Below are positions 60,889 through 64,000 of a DNA stretch of 64,000 nt, one piece after another. The stretch's first letter is position 1; the number at the start of each line of letters is the position of its first letter. The notes beneath the pieces were generated by a model. The model saw only the letters and a program-made list of their open reading frames with translations. It was not told the DNA's origin and searched no databases. The DNA is from an uncultured Dehalococcoidales bacterium (GTDB lineage: Bacteria > Chloroflexota > Dehalococcoidia > GIF9 > UBA5629): positions 1,073 to 65,072 of the forward strand of contig CAZSED010000011.1 in the NCBI GenBank assembly GCA_964605885.1, in the 5' to 3' direction. The position numbers were made by a program, and so were the translations under genes.

Positions 60889-61752
60889 TTAAACCTGCTT
60901 GTAGGCCTTGGTAGTGGAAATATGTGCATGGCCCAGCACTTCCTGCACGGCGTGGATATCGGCGCCGCTGCTGAGCCTGTGAACGGCGAAACTGTGGCGG
61001 ATAGAGCGCGGCGTCACCTTGGAGGTGATTCCTGCGCTGTCCGCGTAGCTCTGTATTATCTGCCAGAAACCCTGGCGCGTCAGCCTCTCGCCCCTCTGGT
61101 TGAGGAACAGGGCCCTTTCCTTGTCGTCCGTTAAAATCTTGATACGTACCGCGTCTATATATTCCTTGATGATTGACCTCATCCTGCTGTCCAGCGGTAT
61201 GACCCTGGACCTGCCCCTTGAACTGGCAATGTTTATCCTGCTCCTCTCCAGGTCGATGTTTTCTACGTTGAGGGACATCAACTCGCTGGCCAGCATGCCT
61301 GATGCATAGAGCAGCTCCAGCATGGCGCGGTCCCTCTTGGCGTCGATGGAAGGCAGCCTTGCCGCCTCCGCCATCAGTCGCTGCACCTCCTGCACGGTCA
61401 GCGCCTTGGGCGCCGCCTTCACTACCTTGGGGGCGGAGAGCCTGGGCGCCATGTCGGAATTAACCTTGCCCCTATCCGCCATGAACTTCAGGAATGTCCG
61501 CGCCGCGGCAATCTTCCTGGCAATTGTTGAAAGCGTATAGCTCTTGTTCTTGAGGAAAGCCATGTACATGGAAAGATGCTTGTCGGTCAGCTGGTTGACG
61601 TCGTATCCGCCCGACCCGGTCGTGGCGATGAAATCGGCCAGCTGACTGAGATCGTTATTATAAGCGTCCAGCGTGTTCTTGGAGCACTTCTTCTCTTTAG
61701 CCAAGTAGTTGAGGAACAGTCTGATATCTTCTTCCATTTTTCCGGCGACCAT
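60889..61752 (-). CDS. xerD: Tyrosine recombinase XerC/XerD.
   Basis: SAM-like core-binding N-terminus (FLNYLAKEKKCSKNTLDAYNNDL). Catalytic residues in RHSFAVHRL and LGHAHISTTKAY (HxxR...Y). Confidence 0.8.
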   Translation of the reverse strand: MVAGKMEEDIRLFLNYLAKEKKCSKNTLDAYNNDLSQLADFIATTGSGGYDVNQLTDKHLSMYMAFLKNKSYTLSTIARKIAAARTFLKFMADRGKVNSDMAPRLSAPKVVKAAPKALTVQEVQRLMAEAARLPSIDAKRDRAMLELLYASGMLASELMSLNVENIDLERSRINIASSRGRSRVIPLDSRMRSIIKEYIDAVRIKILTDDKERALFLNQRGERLTRQGFWQIIQSYADSAGITSKVTPRSIRHSFAVHRLSSGADIHAVQEVLGHAHISTTKAYKQV

Positions 61753-61849
61753 TATTTTAACATAAATCTACGTCCGCTAGTAGGACAGCCAGCTCAATCG
61801 TGCCGCAACTTTGTCGCTCCGACCTGCCGATGTTAAAATTCAATGGCAC

Positions 61850-63667
61850 ATGATCAAGCCAAACTTAGAATCCTATTTAAAAACCCTGCCGTCCAGGCCC
61901 GGCATTTACCTCTTCAAAGATAAGGACGGCGAAGTAATATATGTTGGAAAGGCGTCAAACCTTCGCAACAGGGTAAAAAGTTATTTCAAACAGGGCGCCA
62001 ACCTCCCGGAGAAGACCGAGCAGCTCAGCGCGCGTGTGGATAAAATTGAGTTCGTTGTGACCGAGTCCGAGATTGCAGCTCTGGTGCTCGAGTGCCAGCA
62101 GATAAAGAAATACATGCCCCGCTTCAACGTCCTGCTTAAAGATGATAAGAGTTTTCCATATATTAAGGTCGATGTCAAAAACGAATGGCCGACCATCAGC
62201 CTTACCAGGCGCCGCTACAGCGACGGCGCCAAGTATATCGGCCGCGTCCCCAGCGCCTGGTCCGCCCGGCAGACCTATGAGCTGGTCAAGAGGATCTTCC
62301 CTCTGAGGTCATGTAACAAGGTGATAACCGGCAAAGAGCCCAGGCCCTGCCTGAAGTACCACATCGGCAGGTGCCTCAGCCCGTGCACGGGATTAATCAG
62401 CAAAGAAGAGTACTCGGAGATGGTCAGGCGGGCGGTGGCCTTCCTGGAGGGCAAGGAGAAGCTCGTCCTGGCCCAGCTCAAGAATGACATGAAAAAGGCC
62501 TCCGAGAACATGCAGTACGAGAAAGCCGCACAAATACGTGACCAGATACAGGCCATCCACAGGGTGATCGAGAGCAACAGAATACCGTTCAATACCCGCG
62601 GGGAGATGGACGTCATCGGGCTGGCGCGGGACGGCAGCCTGGCCTGCGTAAGGATCTTTTCTATCAAGGACGGCAGGCTGCTGTGTGACGAACATTTTAT
62701 CATCGAGAGGGCTGGCGAAAAGTCCGACGCCCAGCTTATCGAAAGCTTCATCAAGCTGTACTACTCTTCACCCGAGCAGCATATACCGCGGCTCATATTG
62801 CTCCAGTCGCCCATTATCGAGGCAGCGCTCATCGGCAGGTGGCTGAGCGATAGGAAAGGCGCCAGGGTGGAGCTGCGCCTGCCCACCAGGGGCACAGGAT
62901 CACGCCTGGTGGCCATGGCGGGAGAAAACGCCGCCCAGGAGCTCCAGGCCTACAAGACCCGTCAGGCGTACAAGCCGGAATACCTCAGCGTGCTGAGCAA
63001 TCTCAAGGACCTGCTCAAGCTGCCGCAGCTGCCGCGCCGCATCGAGGCCTACGATATCTCCAATATCCAGGGCACCACGGCCGTGGGCAGCATGGTCGTC
63101 TTCGAGAACGGCTTGCCCAGGCCGTCTCATTACCGCCGTTTCAAGATCAGGATGGTCAAGGGGGCCGATGATTACGCCATGATGCGCGAGGTGCTGCAGC
63201 GCCGCTTTAAGGCGGCCGTATCGGATGAAAAGTGGGCCATCCTGCCGGACCTCGTGCTCATCGACGGCGGCAAAGGCCACCTCAATGCCGCCCTGTTTGC
63301 CATGCAGGAAGCGGGTGCAGACAGGGTCCCGGCCATCAGCCTGGCCAAGGAAAACGAGGAGGTCTTCCTGCCTGGGCGGCCGCAACCTGTGCTGCTGGAC
63401 AGGTCATCACAGGAGCTCCAGCTGCTGCAGAGGGTCAGAGACGAGGCGCATCGCTTTGCCGTCACCTATCATAGGAAGCTGCGCTCCAAGAAGAGCAGGG
63501 AATCAGCGCTGGATTCTATTGGCGGCATAGGCCCGGCCCGCAAAAGGGCATTGATAAAGAGGTTCGGGTCGGTCCGCGAAATAAGGAAAGCATCGGTAAG
63601 CGAGCTGGCCTCCGTCAACGGCATAACCCAGGCGCTGGCCAGAAAGATCCTGGAATCGCTGGTATAA
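61850..63667 (+). CDS. uvrC: Excinuclease ABC subunit C.
   Basis: GIY-YIG N-terminus GIYLFKDKDGEVIYVGKASNLRNRVKSYF, a UvrB-binding region, a C-terminal RNaseH-like domain and HhH (IGGIGPARKRALIKRFGS). The first ATG is at 61850; the ORF-track TTG is at 61811. Confidence 0.9.
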   Translation: MIKPNLESYLKTLPSRPGIYLFKDKDGEVIYVGKASNLRNRVKSYFKQGANLPEKTEQLSARVDKIEFVVTESEIAALVLECQQIKKYMPRFNVLLKDDKSFPYIKVDVKNEWPTISLTRRRYSDGAKYIGRVPSAWSARQTYELVKRIFPLRSCNKVITGKEPRPCLKYHIGRCLSPCTGLISKEEYSEMVRRAVAFLEGKEKLVLAQLKNDMKKASENMQYEKAAQIRDQIQAIHRVIESNRIPFNTRGEMDVIGLARDGSLACVRIFSIKDGRLLCDEHFIIERAGEKSDAQLIESFIKLYYSSPEQHIPRLILLQSPIIEAALIGRWLSDRKGARVELRLPTRGTGSRLVAMAGENAAQELQAYKTRQAYKPEYLSVLSNLKDLLKLPQLPRRIEAYDISNIQGTTAVGSMVVFENGLPRPSHYRRFKIRMVKGADDYAMMREVLQRRFKAAVSDEKWAILPDLVLIDGGKGHLNAALFAMQEAGADRVPAISLAKENEEVFLPGRPQPVLLDRSSQELQLLQRVRDEAHRFAVTYHRKLRSKKSRESALDSIGGIGPARKRALIKRFGSVREIRKASVSELASVNGITQALARKILESLV

Positions 63668-63669
63668 AA

Positions 63670-64000
63670 TCAGGCTTCGTCCAGGTCCAAGACCATGCCG
63701 TCCCTGGCGGCAATGACCTTCACGCCGGTATCTTCGCTCACCCTGCGCTCGATCTCCCAGGGCTTCATACGCCACATGGTCATGCCGAAATGGGTCAGTA
63801 TTGCCGTCCTGGGCTTTATCTCGCTGATAATCCTCTCGGCGTCGGGCAGCGCCAGGTGGTCGACCGGGAAGCGTTGCTCCGAGCTCAGCACGTTGATGAT
63901 CACCAGGTCGGCTTTATAGAAGCCGGAAAGCTCATCGAAGAACCTGGTATCAGTTATCCAGGAGAAGGTGTGCCGCGGCGTCTTGAAGACAAAGCCGTAG
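63670..64000 (-). CDS. MBL-fold metallo-hydrolase, C-terminal portion; the N-terminus lies beyond the window.
   Basis: The frame is open to the window edge (...YGFVFKTPRHTFSWITDTRFFDELSGFYKADLVIINVLSSEQRF...AILTHFGMTMW). A THxG motif typical of the MBL fold is present. Confidence 0.45.
   Translation of the reverse strand, partial: YGFVFKTPRHTFSWITDTRFFDELSGFYKADLVIINVLSSEQRFPVDHLALPDAERIISEIKPRTAILTHFGMTMWRMKPWEIERRVSEDTGVKVIAARDGMVLDLDEA

Noticed and set aside
60889-61752. Tyrosine recombinase as a possible integrase of a mobile element.
   Set aside because: The domain layout and motifs match chromosomal XerC/XerD. No flanking direct repeats, tRNA target or phage or transposon genes are present, and the neighbours are housekeeping genes (pcm, uvrC).

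Overview
The window is a 64 kb chromosomal segment of GC-rich bacterial DNA (roughly 60% GC), densely coded on both strands. I support about 55 protein-coding genes and found no rRNA, tRNA, CRISPR array or obvious mobile element. High GC produces many long antisense ORFs, which I rejected as artefacts. Ordinary content includes nucleotide excision repair (uvrA, uvrC), xerD-like recombinase, lepA followed by hemW, glycolysis and glycogen genes (ppsA, pfkA, glgP), acetate activation (acs plus an OFA-family MFS transporter), a fatty-acid cluster (acyl-CoA dehydrogenase, two AMP-forming CoA ligases, a carboxylesterase), iron uptake (a DtxR-FeoA fusion followed by feoB), hypB-hypA, several SDR/epimerase genes, a steroid-5-alpha-reductase-family membrane protein, a NarL-type two-component system, secreted lipoproteins, a GH18 hydrolase and a C11 peptidase. 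Four loci deserve a second look. (1) An 8.3 kb cytoplasmic NAD(P)-linked [NiFe]-hydrogenase operon at 51581-59921. Its NuoF-like flavoprotein is fused to a GltD/NfnB-like module, it carries a full-length NuoG-like subunit, and a second HoxU-like ferredoxin follows the large subunit. A possible two-CW-type Cys-rich small protein and a clean sigma70 promoter sit just upstream. (2) A four-gene operon at 5599-8695 encoding a tandem-repeat coiled-coil protein, a membrane-anchored Roadblock/LC7-like protein, a Ras-like small GTPase and an HD-GYP phosphodiesterase, with a palindromic operator candidate in front. (3) A family-I CoA-transferase fused to a GNAT acetyltransferase at 44422-46308, upstream of ytxG/ytxH homologues and near acs. 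This may be a new Pat-like protein-acetyltransferase architecture. (4) A DtxR-type repressor carrying two C-terminal FeoA domains, with an iron-box-like 8+8 palindrome over its own promoter. All calls rest on motif-level reading of the supplied translations and DNA. No database search was possible.
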